From Eledone cirrhosa (Eukaryota): a DNA stretch of 64,000 nucleotides. Positions 35,470-49,199 of the stretch are shown one piece after another. Positions within the stretch are counted from its first letter, which is position 1. Every line of letters starts with the position of its first letter. The DNA lies in contig OZ024743.1 in NCBI GenBank assembly GCA_964016885.1, forward strand, positions 65,472,001 through 65,536,000. The letters are read 5' to 3'. The translations under genes and the position numbers were made by a program. Below the pieces are notes generated by a model. The model saw only the letters and a list, made by a program, of their open reading frames with translations. It had not been told where the DNA came from and did no database searches.

Positions 35470-38400
35470 CTGGGATGGACACGTGTTAAACTTGCTCGGT
35501 AAGTTTTGTTTAAATTTCTTTAAAAATTCGTCATTGTGAACTTTTATTTTTATACCAATTTGTAGAGGGACTGACAGGTCAAATTTTGATCTGGTCAGTC
35601 TCCAAAAATATTGTGCCCCTCGCGGCAAAAAATGGCCGAATCAAAGACACCTACTTCTTTGTCAATAGAAGAAGATGGGAGGGGAAAGCCATGCCTACTT
35701 GACCAGCAGATAGTAGCAGACATGGACAAAGGAATGCCAACATTATCGCCTCAACATTTAGAAGAAGAACAAGCTTCAGCTGCTTGTAAGCAACTGATCA
35801 CGCCTGACATCACAAACGTCACATGTATCCACACACAGAAGGTAGAATGTGTAGCAAATACTAACACCTCCACAAGCAACAACACAATAAATGCGAACAA
35901 CAACAATACAGCAAAAGAAATCAGCGGCAACACAACGAATGAGACCATCATCACCACCAACAACAACAATAACAACATTTCATTTGCAGCAACCGTTGGA
36001 TTTTAAATATTACCCCATGGACAAAAGTCCCAATATTTGGAAGAAGCTTCCAACTATGTGACGTTTGAGGGAGACACCGCACACATACACATACTCCCCC
36101 AGGTAAGAGAGATGACACATAAAAAGAAACTGATCTACAGAACAGTTGACATCATTACCAAAAGACCCATAACGCTCCCAACAAGCACTATTGTAGCTGC
36201 ACTCTAAAGATATCAAGCCAGACGTGGCATACCTCCAAAGAGCTAAACAGTATGGAAGTGTGTCAGTGCTCTTTAAGAGCGAAACTCTGGCTCAAAAACA
36301 CTCGGTTCACCCAATAAAAACGGATCAACACATCTTCTTCCCCAGATACATGGGAAGAAGATCCTACAAAATAAAAATAAACAGGATCCCAGCAGAGGTC
36401 AACATATGGTGGATCCTACGCTGCATCCTGAAGAAGGATGAGGACACCCTCCTATCTGTAGACAGGACAGACCGGAATAACTGGTTTGGAACCTACATCG
36501 CGGTTCTGGTACAAATGAGGCCAGAGAAAGTTGAGAAAATCCCGGACAGGATCATCCTTGAGGAAGATGTCATCTCCATTTTAGTGGAGGGGAAAAGACC
36601 TCAGTGCCATAAGTGTGGGAAAACCACACACTTAAAGGCCTTTTGCTCTCTCTTAAACAAACCGAGGACAAACAAGGTGTTATTACCAACACCCAAACCC
36701 AACATCAACATCCCAAACCAAACACAATGCAAAAACTTGCAACATTCACTCCCACACCACCACAGATCAGAGACAACCACACACACAAAATCCCACTGAA
36801 AAACCCTCCATTGCCTCCTCCCTTCCTGTCAAATACTTCCACAAACACCTGTACATACACTCCACCACACAACATATCCCTCCCATCTACCCCCGATTCA
36901 GAAGTCTCAGACACAGGAACCTCTACATTTCCAAGTGAGAATGAAGAGGAACCCCACAAATCTAAAAAACAAAAAAGAGACAAGGAAACACAAAAACATC
37001 TACAGAAAACACGCACACACCCAACCCCACCATAAACACACCGCCACAAACGACAAAGACATCAACAACACAATCACCACCAACATAACCAAACACTTCA
37101 CCAACAAAACAAACACCCACACCACCACAATCACAAACCCCAACCACAAAAAGAAAACTACAAACAGAAACAGCACACATAAAAAACAAAACACATTACA
37201 CATACATAAAAACAACAAACAAAAACTAGTAGAAACTGTCCGAAAGGACTCTACTATCTAAACGGAAGGGAAAACATTCCCCACCAACGACCCACCCCAA
37301 AACCTCAAACTGATCAAGGTAACAACCCTACAACATCAAACATTGAAAGGGACCTTCCCACATGATGTGGGCCCCTCTTGCCAAAACCCCCTTAACCGTG
37401 TCCTGCTAAAAGGATTCCCTCCCTCCCCAAACACCCCCAATCTGGACATGGAGATCGAACAACCCGACCTCCAGGAAACGAAAAGGTAAGTGTTCCTCCC
37501 TTTTCTCTCCCTAACTTTTTTTCACCAACATGGCGACTATACAAGTTGGATGTTTGAATGTACGTGGCCTGGGCATGCCCTGGAAACAGGGCCAGCTTTT
37601 AAATGATCTCAGGTCACATTGTATAGATGTGATAGCCATCACCGAGTCCAGGATTCACGACAAGCAGCAGCTAACACCCATGTTCGATGACTTTGAGATC
37701 TACGCATCTCTCTGTCAGCCAGGAGATGGAGGGGGAGTTGCTGTTCTGTTTCGAAAAAAAAATGGATCTCAAAGCACAGATGATTCACTTGGACCCAGAG
37801 GGCAGCTTGGTGGTCCTGGACGTGAATGGGAGTGAAGGTGGAGCTTTCAGACTGGTAGTCATATGCCCCGACTGGGACATCGCGACCAGAGTTCTTCAAG
37901 CGTCTGAAGCCATTCCTGGGAACGTCTCGCTCCTTAGTGTTAGCGGGGGACTGGAATGACATCTTAGATGCACGTTGGGACTATGTAGGAGCTTGTGATA
38001 ATAGAGGGGGTGGGGTGGGGTGGGGGGTGTAATAGCCTCAAAAATCTCATCAGCCAATTCCAAACTGGCTGATAGATATCGACTAGACTTCCCAAGTGTA
38101 CCAGTGTGGACGTGGAGTAGCCGCACTGGGTCTTCTAGATCGTATTTAGATAGATTTTTAATTAGACAGAATGATAAGGAAACATTAAGCTGTCCACAAA
38201 TGCACATGGTTGCCTATTCAGACCACAAATTAGTCACTTGCGTAATCAACCTTGATAGAACACATAGACAGGGACCCGGATACTGGAAGCTAAACATGTC
38301 GCTTGCGGCGCGTAAGGCCTAAAGTAAACGGATTAGGACCTTAGTTAAGTGCTAGTTGACGGGGGTGATCGTCAACAACAGGTGGTGGAGCTCTCTCAAG

Positions 38401-41200
38401 AGAGCAATTAGAATAAAATCGATAGAATTTAGCAAGGAAGTAGCTTTACAAAAAAACAAAACCGCAAATGGAACTGGTAGCTAAAGTAGAAGGGGCACTT
38501 AGGAATGGAAGTACAGCTGACGTGTTAGTGGCGAGAACGGCACTAGACCAGTTCTTCAACGTGAAACACGAAGGTTGTACTGTCAGAAGTAGAACACGTG
38601 CTCTAAGAAACGAGGGGGACAAAGCTGTTAGCTGGGCCCGAGTGGCAGAGGCGGAAAGTGGCAGCAAATCCACAATTCGGTCTTTGCATTGACAAAGATG
38701 GACGCATTCTACTTGAAACCAAGCAGATGTGCACGTCCTTCCAGCAGCATTTAACACAACTGTTCGGGCAAAGTGGTACGTCAAGGGAGGTGATTGACTT
38801 CAGCTCCTTTCTCGACGGCGTACCACGACTCTCGAGCACGGATGCAGAGAGCTGCGAAAGGCCGATCACAGCGGGCGAAATAGAAAATGCCCTAGGTCGC
38901 TGCGGGAAACGCAAATCACCCGGTTTAGATGGTCTACCCTATGAGTTTTACATAGGCATGCTAGACTTGTTGTCTGGCGTCCTCGAAGCGGTCTACTGCA
39001 ACTGGAAGCAGTACAGGAGGATTCCCAGTTCTGTAGGCAGAGGCGTAGTAATGCTGATCAGGAAAGATGAGAACAAGGGGGATGAGATAAGCCATTTCAG
39101 GCCCATAACTCTGCTCAACACAGAGTTAAAGATTTTGGCCAAGGTGTTAGCAGCGAGGCTGGTGCTTGTCGTCGAGAACCTGGTAGGGGAAGCGCAAACG
39201 TGTGCAATTCCGACCAGGTCGATACACGACAACCTCCACCTGATATGATACATCATAGAGAGGGTAAGGTGTAAACCTGGCTTCGGTGGGGCTCTGATCA
39301 ATTTAGATCAGTCTAAGGCATTTGATAGGGTCGACCATCAATACTAGGAAGCGGTTCTCAAGGCGACGGCTTCAGTCCCGTCTTCAGAAGCTGGATCGCT
39401 GCCATGCACACCAGCATCTGCTCGGCAGTCAAGGTGAATGGCTACCTATCCGAGCCATTCCAAATCATGCGTTCCATCCATCAGGGGTGTCCTCTCTCCT
39501 CCATTCTGTATGTACTGACTCTCGAACCATTAATGCGGAAGTTGGAGCTGTTGCAGGGCATCCCGATCGAACCAGGACTGCGGAAAGCAGCGTCGGCCTA
39601 TGCCGACGACATAACCGTAATGGTGTCGAAAACCTCGGATATCAGGGTAATCGGCAACCTATTACAGGAATACGAAACGTTGACCGGAGCAAGACTAAAC
39701 CCAAACAAGTCTGTCGGTTTGCAACTCGGCACATGGAGAGGCAAACCCATGTCTTCCGACAGTGTCGTTGGACGCTGGACGGAAGGACCGGTGAAATTGC
39801 TCGGGGTATGGTTCGGTCCAGACCTCCAGGTGGACAAGAACTGGAATGAGGTCACGGCGAAGGTGTTTGCACTCGCCCAGAAGTGGGCTGAGTGCAAACT
39901 CTCCTCGAAAGGTCAAGCGAACACTTACATAGCGTCCGTCATCTACTACCGTTTGACAGTCGTGCCTTGACCCCGCGAATACCTCACCAAAATGGAACAC
40001 CGACTCTTCAAGTTCCTTTGGAAGAAACAGGCTCCATTGGTGAAGAGATCCTTATGCTGTCAACACCCTTCTAACGGAGGGATGGGCATAACGTGGCTGA
40101 TGATGCGCAAACACGCGCTGAGGCTACGCCATCTCCAGGTATTCCTGACCGGCGAACCGGTGTAGCTGTCGTTTGTGAGACGAGCTCTTCCGCAACTCGT
40201 CTCACTATCAGAGCTGCAGTCCGGGGTCAAGCGAAGACCGAAAATGGGCACATGGCACCTCGAGTGCCTTCAGACGCTCACAGCCCTCTACCAAGTGGAA
40301 ACGGCAATCAGCGGAGACTCCACTTCGACATTCTATAGGTGATTAGTGGAGGATAAGTGCGACGACGTTCTCGGGGAAACACTAGGCATCGAGGAAGACG
40401 AACTGACCAGTCTGTTCAGGAGGATTTTTCGTCCAGGGCCTATGAATAACTTCCAGAGGTCTCTGGCCTGGCAGTGCTACCGAGGAGCTCTGCCAGTTCG
40501 AGACAAAATCTACAGGCACGGACGCCCTGGCATAGATCCTGCAAAAGGGACCTATCCAAGATGCGAGCTGGACATCGAAACTGTTCTGCACGCAATTATT
40601 CAGTGCCCAGGGCTGACCAACCCGTGGAATTATGTCGAGCAGCTACTGTCACGTGTAGGACGCATCCAGTTGTCAGCCGATCCATCGTGAGGATCACCCC
40701 ACCGCCTTCATTTAAGAATGAAGGAGAGGCGGTCTTCCTCTGTCTGGTGGCTTTGACGAAAGAGGTAATATGGTGGACGAGGTTAAAAGGACTGAGGGCA
40801 AGCACCTTTCTCTCCGGACAACAACTCATCCCCTTCTTTAAGTATGACTTCAGAAGGAAGGTGAGAGTGGAGAGAGAGGTACTACACCCCAGTAAATTCG
40901 CTGAACGGTGAGTGAATGTGGAAAAAATGGCCCGAAAGAATGGGCCTTCTCTGTATATAAACCTGTAGATTGAGGAAGATAAACAGAGGGAAGACAGGAT
41001 CACCTACAAAACGTGTTCCTGGTGTTGAGGGTTGTTCTATCCACGGGGTGTAAAACAACCCCACAGTAGCGTTACTCCTCCCCTTATGGGGATTTCAATT
41101 GTTTTATTTTTATATAGTTTATTGTTATTTATCATTGTTAAAGATTTTATGTAAAACCCCCGCCGCATCTTTGTACGCCTCTGTGGCAAATAAAGAAAGA
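35470..41200 (+). mobile_element. Full-length, decayed Tx1-clade LINE (ORF1 with zinc knuckle, ORF2 APE-RT), ending at (TC)n
   Basis: ORF1 remnant from ATG about 35632 with RPQCHKCGKTTHLKAFC. ORF2 from 37530 (MATIQVGCLNVRGL...) through YADD to about 40967. Multiple stops and frameshifts. Confidence 0.93.
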
Positions 41201-41239
<39 letters not shown>

Positions 41240-41336
41240 GTCTCACTCTCACTCTCTCTCTCTCCCTCTCTCTCTCTCCCTCTCTCTCTCTCCCTCTCTC
41301 TCTCTCTCTGTCTCACTCTCTCTCTCCCTCTCTCTC

Positions 41337-41399
<63 letters not shown>

Positions 41400-41431
41400 C
41401 TACCTATCTATCTATCTACACACACACACAC

Positions 41432-41616
41432 TGGATTGGCAGTATCGGTAGAGGGCCGGACGCCATGCTTTGACGCATAGAGTTACGGCCCTTTCCAATC
41501 TGAGTTCAAATCCCGCCGAGGTTAACTTTGTCTTTCATCCTTACGGGGTAGATAAAATAAAATACCAGTAATACACTGGGTATTGCTGGCCTTGTGCCAA
41601 AAGTAGAAACAATTAT
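41432..41616 (+). mobile_element. SINE copy
   Basis: Intact A/B-box-like head and core. Confidence 0.88.
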
Positions 41617-41902
41617 ATAAAATACATTGCAAACTAGCCTATATTTCCCTGGGTACTCGGAGTTTCTCGAAACAAGCTGATATTATTGTTGCTTCATATA
41701 TACATATACAGACACATTTATACATGTATATGTGTGAGTGTGTATATATAAAAAATGAGCTTTTGTCGGTTTCGACAGAAATTATTCAAGTGTACAGTAG
41801 CCGAGTATTCCACGTTAACTCTTCTAGAGTTAACGTGGAATACTCACATAATACTTACATAACGTAATATAGTTTATCTTAAACTTATTATTTTGTATCT
41901 AT

Positions 41903-42765
41903 GATTAGTGGAAGTATCGGTAGAGGGTCGGACGCCATGCTTTGCAGCATAGAGTTACGGCTCTTTACGATCTGAGTTCAAATCCCGCCGAGGTTAACGT
42001 TGCCTTTCATCCTTACGAGGTCGATAAAATAAAGTACCAGTAATGCATTGGGATAATTGCTGGTCTTATCTAAGTGCATGAAATTTGCAGCATAGAGTTA
42101 CGGCCCTTTACGTTCTGAGTTCAAATCTCGCCGAGGTTAACTTTGCCTTTCATCCTTACGGGGTCAATAAAACGAAGTACCAGTAAATGAACTGTCGTCG
42201 ATTTAATCGACTTTCTCCTCTCCACAAAATTGTTGACCTAGTATCTAAATCATACCCATTATTTTTGATAGAGTTACGACCCTTACCATTCTGAGTTCAA
42301 ATCCCGCCGAGGTTAACTTTGCCTTTCATCCTTACGGGGTCGATAAAATAAAGTACCAGTAATGTACTGGGTAATTGCTGGCCTTGTGCCAAAAGTAGAA
42401 ACAATTATTTTTGGCAGTATCGGTAGAGAGTCGGACGCCATGCATTGCAGCAAAGAGTTACAGCCCTTTATGATCTGAGTTCAAATCCCGCCGAGGTTAA
42501 CTTTGCCTTTCATCCTTACGAGGTCGATAAAATAAAGTACCAGTAATACACTGGGATAATTGCTAACCTTGTGCCAAAAGCAGAAACAATTATTTATGTG
42601 TATGAAGGCGGTGAATTGCCCGTGTCGTTAGCACGTAGCATAGAATGTTTTGCGGTATTTGTTTCGGCTCTCTCATCTCTGAGTTCAAATCCCGCCGAGG
42701 TCAACTTTGCCTTTCATCCATTCAAGGTCGATAAAAAATACCAGTCTAGTACTGGGGTCGATTCT
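41903..42765 (+). mobile_element. Head-to-tail array of five SINE copies
   Basis: Five ctgagttcaaatc(c/t)cgccgaggt(t/c)aac heads in 860 bp. Confidence 0.88.
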
Positions 42766-42814
42766 TCCTCTATATTTCTTTCACACTACCTTTCTCTCAC
42801 TTTCTATCTTTCTC

Positions 42815-43105
42815 TTGTTCTCTGGAAGAAATCATCTGAGACCTGAAGAGGAGATGAGCTCCACTAGGTTTTACAAAAATGCCCTAGAAACACCGATGTG
42901 ATTACGGTGCCCCTACGACTCCATTATGAGCGACGGGACCATGCATGCAAGCATGCAAGCATATATGTATATTTGAACCCGTAATTGGTGATGTCGTTGT
43001 GGGGGCAGGGGTGCTGTGTGACATACAGTGTCTAGGGTATTTTAAACCTAACGGCACCCATCTCCTCTCCAAGCTCGAAAACAGTCGATTTCTTCCAGAG
43101 AGTGA
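42815..43105. repeat. Imperfect inverted repeat; right arm related to 18294-18415
   Basis: ctctggaagaaatc...gaggagatg...ccctag mirrored by ctaggg...catctcctc...gatttcttccagag. Confidence 0.6.
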
Positions 43106-43139
43106 GAGAGAGGGGGGGGGGATACATAGATAGATAGAT

Positions 43140-43191
<52 letters not shown>

Positions 43192-43484
43192 AAGAAAGAG
43201 GATATAGAGGATACATAATAACCTCACTCAGAGGCGGGCGAGCAATGTATCCTTCTCTGGGTCAAACTTTTCTTTGCTTGTTTCCTTAAAGCTTACCATC
43301 ATTCCATTGGTATACATCTATTACACAATTTACAACTGATGAGGTCACCGGGTTCCTACGCAACATGGCCACTAAAATGTGTATAGTGTTTACAGTAATA
43401 AAAATTAAGGACATTCAGCATATTTGGCCTCCTGCCATTCTCGTATATATATATACGGTTATAGGAAATTAACCAACATACACT

Positions 43485-45590
43485 ATGGATGTATATGATA
43501 TGGATTACTCAATCAAAAACACTCCAACACCTTCCAATACAATTCACACCAAAATGTTAATCGATAAAATCGAAAGAGTTATACAAAGCACGAGATAGAA
43601 GGCGATGATATTCGATGGACAGTTGAGTACTAATTCAACGGATTACTTTGATATTAAGTCATGCAAATACCCACCAAGAGTTAATTATATTCGAATTATA
43701 CTTAGTTAACATGATCAACGTACTAATATTTCGTAAGTACAATAATAATTTTCAATCTAAACTTTCTAATGATATTTCTAATATCAAACGCTCTAATAAT
43801 ACATTCGTATGCTCTGATAAAACTAAAAACCTTTACGAAGTTAATAACCATTTATACAATCAATTTTTAACGGATAGTATCACTACTAAATATCAAAAAG
43901 CTAATATTAATACTTATAATATTATAAATAATAAAGCTAAAGCTTTAGCTAGTAAATTAAAAGTAGTTAACCGAACTGAAAGCTTAGCCAAGCGTAAAGA
44001 ATATATTACACTTAAAGACCATAAATCAGACTTTAATAACCGACCTAGTTGTAGACATATAAACCCTGCTAAATCAGAAATCGGTCTTGCTAGTAAAAAA
44101 ATCTTAAGAAATATAATCCTTCAAATAAAAACTAAAACTGGATTATTCCAATGGTTAAACATTTCCTCTGTTATACCCTGGTTTAATAATATACAAGAGA
44201 AAAATAAGTGTAGATTTACCCATTTTGATATTGTAGATTTCTACCCCTCTATTACTGAGTCCTTATTAACTAAAGCTTCAGAATTCGCTAGACAATTTAT
44301 TAATATATCTAAATTAGAGGAGGATGTTATCTTACACGCTAGGAAAACGCTACTTTTCGCTAAAGAAGAAACTTGGGTTAAAAAATCAAACCCAGAAAAC
44401 TCTTTTGACGTCACAATGGGTTTGTTCGGAGTGTCGACGTGTGAGACTTAGTTGGATTATTCCTCCTCCACACTCTTAAAGAGAAATTTCCCAACCATAT
44501 TATCGGCCTATACCGAGACGATGGATTCGCTGTCCCACCAACGGCCATAACCTTGATAAATTCCGTAAAGATTTAATTGATACCTTCTCTAACCTAAACC
44601 TCAAAATTACTATAGATACTAACCTAACTAATACTAACTTCCTTGACATCAATCTTGACCTACTTACTGCTTCTTTCAAACCCTACCATAAACCTAACGA
44701 AAATTTAAAATATATACACAAAGAGTCTTGCCATCCTCCTATAGTATTTAAAAACCTTATTCCTAATATTAGTCGTAGGATCTCTACCTTATCTTCTTCT
44801 ATTGGCATTTTTAATAAAGCAGCCCCTTATTATAATAAGACCCTTAAAATAGCGGTTTCAACGAACAAATCGAATATATACCCACTACTCCTACTACCAC
44901 TAAACACAATAATAGGAAAAGAAAAATAATATGGTTTAATCCACCTTTCTCTTTAACAGTTAAAACTAATGTAGGAAGAAAATGCCTTGAACTTCTAGAG
45001 AAACATTTCCCCCAACAACATAGATATAATAAGATATTCAATAGAAATTTAGTTAAAATTAGCTACTCTTGCTGCCCATCCATGAAATCTAAAATTACCA
45101 ACTTGAGTATCACTAAAGGAAATCCAGGATGTAGTTGCAGAAAAGCTGAAGAATGCTCTTTACAGGGCAAATGCAATACGAAATCAATCGTTTACGAGGC
45201 CAAAATAACACCTATTGTGAATAACCAACCAGCCATGAGTAAGCGATATGTGGGTCTGACGCAAGATAGATTTAAAATCAGATACTACGCACATGTCGCT
45301 TCCTTCAAACATCCAGACAAAAGAACAACTACGGCGCTGGCAAATAAAGTGTGTGAGTTAAAAGAACGCAAGATTCCATATTTGATTGATTGATCCATTT
45401 TAGACTACTCAAAAGAATACCAGAAAGGCACAAAGAAATGTTCTTTGTGTATAACCGAAAAATACAGAATCCTGCAAAAGTCCCTAATACTTGCCTCAAT
45501 TCTAAAACTGAGATCTTCAGAAGTTGTCCACACATGAAATCACATCTTCTTTCCAGCTGGTATATTATACTTTTGGACTCTCAACCACCC
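43485..45590 (+). mobile_element. Penelope-like element, Naiad-like, near-complete but frameshifted RT plus GIY-YIG
   Basis: MDYSIKN.P.P N-terminus, ITLKDHK.DF...INPAKSEIG, FDIVDFYPSI, FDVTMG, LYRDDG, WFNPPFS..VKTNVG, linker CxCx5Cx5C, IVYEAKI..YVGLT, CSLC..EK..LN..E...CPH. Confidence 0.9.
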
Positions 45591-46761
45591 TGAACTTCCT
45601 CATTTTACAAATTAACTCTTCCACTTACTACCCTGATCTCTTTATGAACACATACATTTTACCACACCATTACATACAATAAACACCCACTTATTTACTT
45701 TAATTATACCCCCCCTACATTTGTCATACTTTTAACACACACACACACCGACCACTTTCATTCTTTCCACCCTTCTTAACTTATTAGAGACCTTGAACAC
45801 TTCTTCATTTTTAACCTCTAGCCTTACCTTTATCTACAACCAAATACACTCACATATTCACTTTAATCACATATACTTTGTCATACCCTCTGACTACCCT
45901 CATCACTCTATCATAGCCTTTTTCTTTCTACCTAATAGTTATACTCTTTCTACATACACCCTTACATTTCATTATTATAATAACGGGAACCCCAACTCTA
46001 TCTTTCAGATACTATATTCATAGATATGTATGAATATATGTTTATATATGTATGCACTTATGTATGTGTTTATATATAATTGCGTGTGTATTCTTGCTTT
46101 TTTGGGTGTAAATGAATATGTATAGTTATATATATGTGTGTATGTTTCTACATGTCTATGTATGCGTATGTATATGTTCTGCATTTACGTATGTATGCAT
46201 GAGTGTACAAATATGTGTATATATATATGTATATATATATATTCATTTCTATATATTTCACCAATTAATCAGTAAATCACAGTAGTCAAATCGTGGATTG
46301 TCACCAAACGAGAAGATATAACTATCTGCGTTTACAAAGCAAATGCAAATCTGTGAATGACTCGAACCACGTGTTGTATTTTTAAAAAATACACACATCG
46401 CACAGCGTTATCCCAGTGGCGTGAATAGGATTATCGACAGCTAGAAATAGCAGCTGAGTCCATTCAACTGAGTTAGCTCTACAATTAAGGGGCCGTATAT
46501 ATATCCAAAATTAAATTAAGGGTTGTCATGTCTAAGAGACATGCGCCATATCCACTGCAGAATAAGATTCCAATGAATAGATCCCAGCATTTCATATCAA
46601 CTAGAAATAGATATCTATATTTGAAATAGGTATCTATATTTGAAGTTCTAGTTAAACTTTAATTGGTTACCTACCTAGCTATGTGTGCTTACACACTTTA
46701 CAAATTATTCCCTGTGATTATTCCATATATTTATTTTATATATATATATGTCAATCTATTT

Positions 46762-47142
46762 GAAGACATTTTTTTTAGTATAATATCAAAACAGTTATTT
46801 ATTTATAAAGTTGATATTGCTGTATTTAATAATACCGGTTTCAGCATTATATGCTTTTTCAACTGCGGATATGCATAATGTAGCTATGTTGCATATTTAT
46901 AATATGCAATTAACAGAGAAGGACAAACACGGACAGAGATATGAACTTTCCTCTCTAAATAATTTTTATAAAAACTAATAACTTTTCTTCCCCTTTTTAT
47001 TATTCGTATAAATATGCAACATAACTACATTATGCGTATCCGCAGTTGCAAAAGCATATAATGCTTTATAAATACAGCAATATCAACTTTATAACTTTAT
47101 AAATAAATAAATGTTTTGATATTATACTAAAAAAAATGTCTT
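46762..47142. repeat. AT-rich inverted repeat, arms about 135 bp
   Basis: gaagacattttt...gttgcatatttata mirrored by tataaatatgcaac...aaaatgtcttc. Confidence 0.85.
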
Positions 47143-47184
47143 CTGCATTTATCTACTGAAAAATCTTTTTCCTCTCCACTATTT

Positions 47185-47306
<122 letters not shown>

Positions 47307-47979
47307 ATTCATGTTAAATATGGAACGAGAGGAGGAAACTGTTGAGTTAGAAACATTAGACTTTTTTTCATTCCCCAAAGCAATCGAAATTAATGAAAAA
47401 AAATCGCTTTAGTATTAAATAATCGGTAAGTATTAAAAAACCCAACTGAATGTGTTTTTAGCTTTTGTAATGTAAACAACCATCGTGCTCATGATCTCCT
47501 ATCAGCTGGCTTTGCCCATAATTATCGGTTTAAAGCAGTCACTCAAGGACCAGGAGTTTGTGCTTCAGGACACTTTCCAAACCTTGAAATCTTACGTTAA
47601 GCAGGATGCTCCAAGCCATTGAACCACCTGTGTAACTTCCCGACTACAATAATGTCACTTAACACATGTATTTGATTTCGTCTTTCTTGCAACCACATCT
47701 CTCCCCGATCCTCTCCATCGCTCTCTTTTTCTATCCCTATATATAATGGACTCTCCCGTCAATTTTGACTTATGAGGATCCAATCAGTTCCTTCAGTTTG
47801 GATGTTTATATCATCCATATACTTTTAGATCTGCCAAACATTTTCAAGCAAGTCCACAGATTGTGCAACGGCAAGGTCTACTGGATAATGTTGCTAGTAT
47901 GTTTGCTTATGTGTTTCTCCCCGCCCCTCATGTTTTTCATAACGAGATCAGGAAATCGAAGTTCCTGATCCCGTTATGA

Positions 47980-48187
47980 CACACATATGTCCAGTTGTTC
48001 CACTTCAAGGCCACTTCCTCAAATGGAAATAAGATATATTGATTGCTGCAAGATTACTCTTCAGCTTCTTTTTGTAGTTGGCCGTCCAACACTTCTCCAC
48101 AGTCAAGCTAGCTCTAGATGAGGACTTTAATATTCTTCTGTCACTTATTCTGATGACATGACAAACCCAGTGTAGTTGAGATTTCAT
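47980..48187 (-). mobile_element. RTE-like LINE fragment
   Basis: KSQLHWVCHVIRISDRRILK...YKKKLKSNL. Confidence 0.6.
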
Positions 48188-48230
48188 ATGTGTATGTGTG
48201 TGTTATACATATATACATACATATATATAT

Positions 48231-48594
48231 ATCAAGATAAGCAGAACAAGTAAAATTCAACCAATTTTTCAAAATAAATCAAAATTAATATACAATAAAA
48301 ATTAATCAAAATTAAAAAAATATAATATAAATATTTACCTATTCAAATGTGAGGTCATATATTTTGTCGTTCCTGGGGTTTTTAGGACAGGAAAATGCTT
48401 CTCTGATGATCGTTGCTTTTCCATTAATATCCACGTGATATCTAATGTTTTGCATCGTGAAACTGTACAGTTAGGGCCATTTGAATAGGTAAATATTTAT
48501 ATTATATTTTTTAATTTTGATTAATTTTAATTGTATATTAATTTTGATTTATTTTGAAAAATTGGTTGAATTTTACTTGTTCTGCTTATCTTGA
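48231..48594. repeat. Inverted repeat (arms about 117 bp) enclosing a hammerhead
   Basis: atcaagataagcagaac...tattcaaatg / catttgaata...gttctgcttatcttgat. Confidence 0.88.
48393..48482 (+). ncRNA. Type I hammerhead ribozyme with long stem II
   Basis: aaatgcttct CTGATGA [tcgttgc..catta-atatc/gatat-ctaatg..gcatcgt] GAAA ctg-ta-cag TT agggccattt. Confidence 0.65.
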
Positions 48595-48703
48595 TATTAA
48601 GTTCTGGTATATCAAATTATTACCATAGAACCACCTTAAATCATAGACACACTATATATTTCCGGGGGTACATTGTACCCTCAGATATATATTAACCTTA
48701 TTC

Positions 48704-48761
<58 letters not shown>

Positions 48762-48763
<2 letters not shown>

Positions 48764-49046
48764 TCTAAAGTCTGTCTTAAGCCAGAAGGCTCATTTGGCC
48801 GGTGCTTATCCCGGTTTCATGGCGTGAAGCGACTGAGAGTACAAGACTCCCCCCTGGACAGGATGCCAGTCCATCGCAGGGCTAAACATCCAGCTATTGC
48901 TGGTACTCATTTTCAGCTGAGTAAACTGGAGCAACGTGAAAGAAAGTGTCTTTCTCAAGGAAACAACACATCACCCGGTCCGAGAATTGAACTCACAACT
49001 TTTCGATTGCAAGCCGAATGCTCTAACCACTAAGCCATGCGCCTTC
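48762..49046 (-). mobile_element. tRNA-derived CORE-type SINE (second SINE family) with (AGACTTT) tail
   Basis: Minus strand: ggcgcatggcttagtggttagagc (A box)...gagttcaattc (B box)...tccttgagaaagacactt (CORE-like). Confidence 0.8.
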
Positions 49047-49047
49047 A

Positions 49048-49161
<114 letters not shown>

Positions 49162-49162
49162 C

Positions 49163-49197
<35 letters not shown>

Positions 49198-49199
<2 letters not shown>

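Noticed and set aside
43330-43390. Hammerhead upstream of the Naiad-like ORF
   Set aside because: CTGATGA and a possible stem II (ggtca/tggcc) are present, but no GAAA box or stem III follows.
43485-45590. Selenoprotein (UGA-recoded) Naiad PLE
   Set aside because: The conserved Cys positions are TGT/TGC. The in-frame stops seen (TAG near 43596, TGA near 45391) fall at Trp-like positions, and frameshifts are present, so this is ordinary decay.
48975-49046. tRNA gene (also the B-box heads of the main SINE)
   Set aside because: A and B boxes are present but there is no complete cloverleaf, and the sequence continues into a SINE body.
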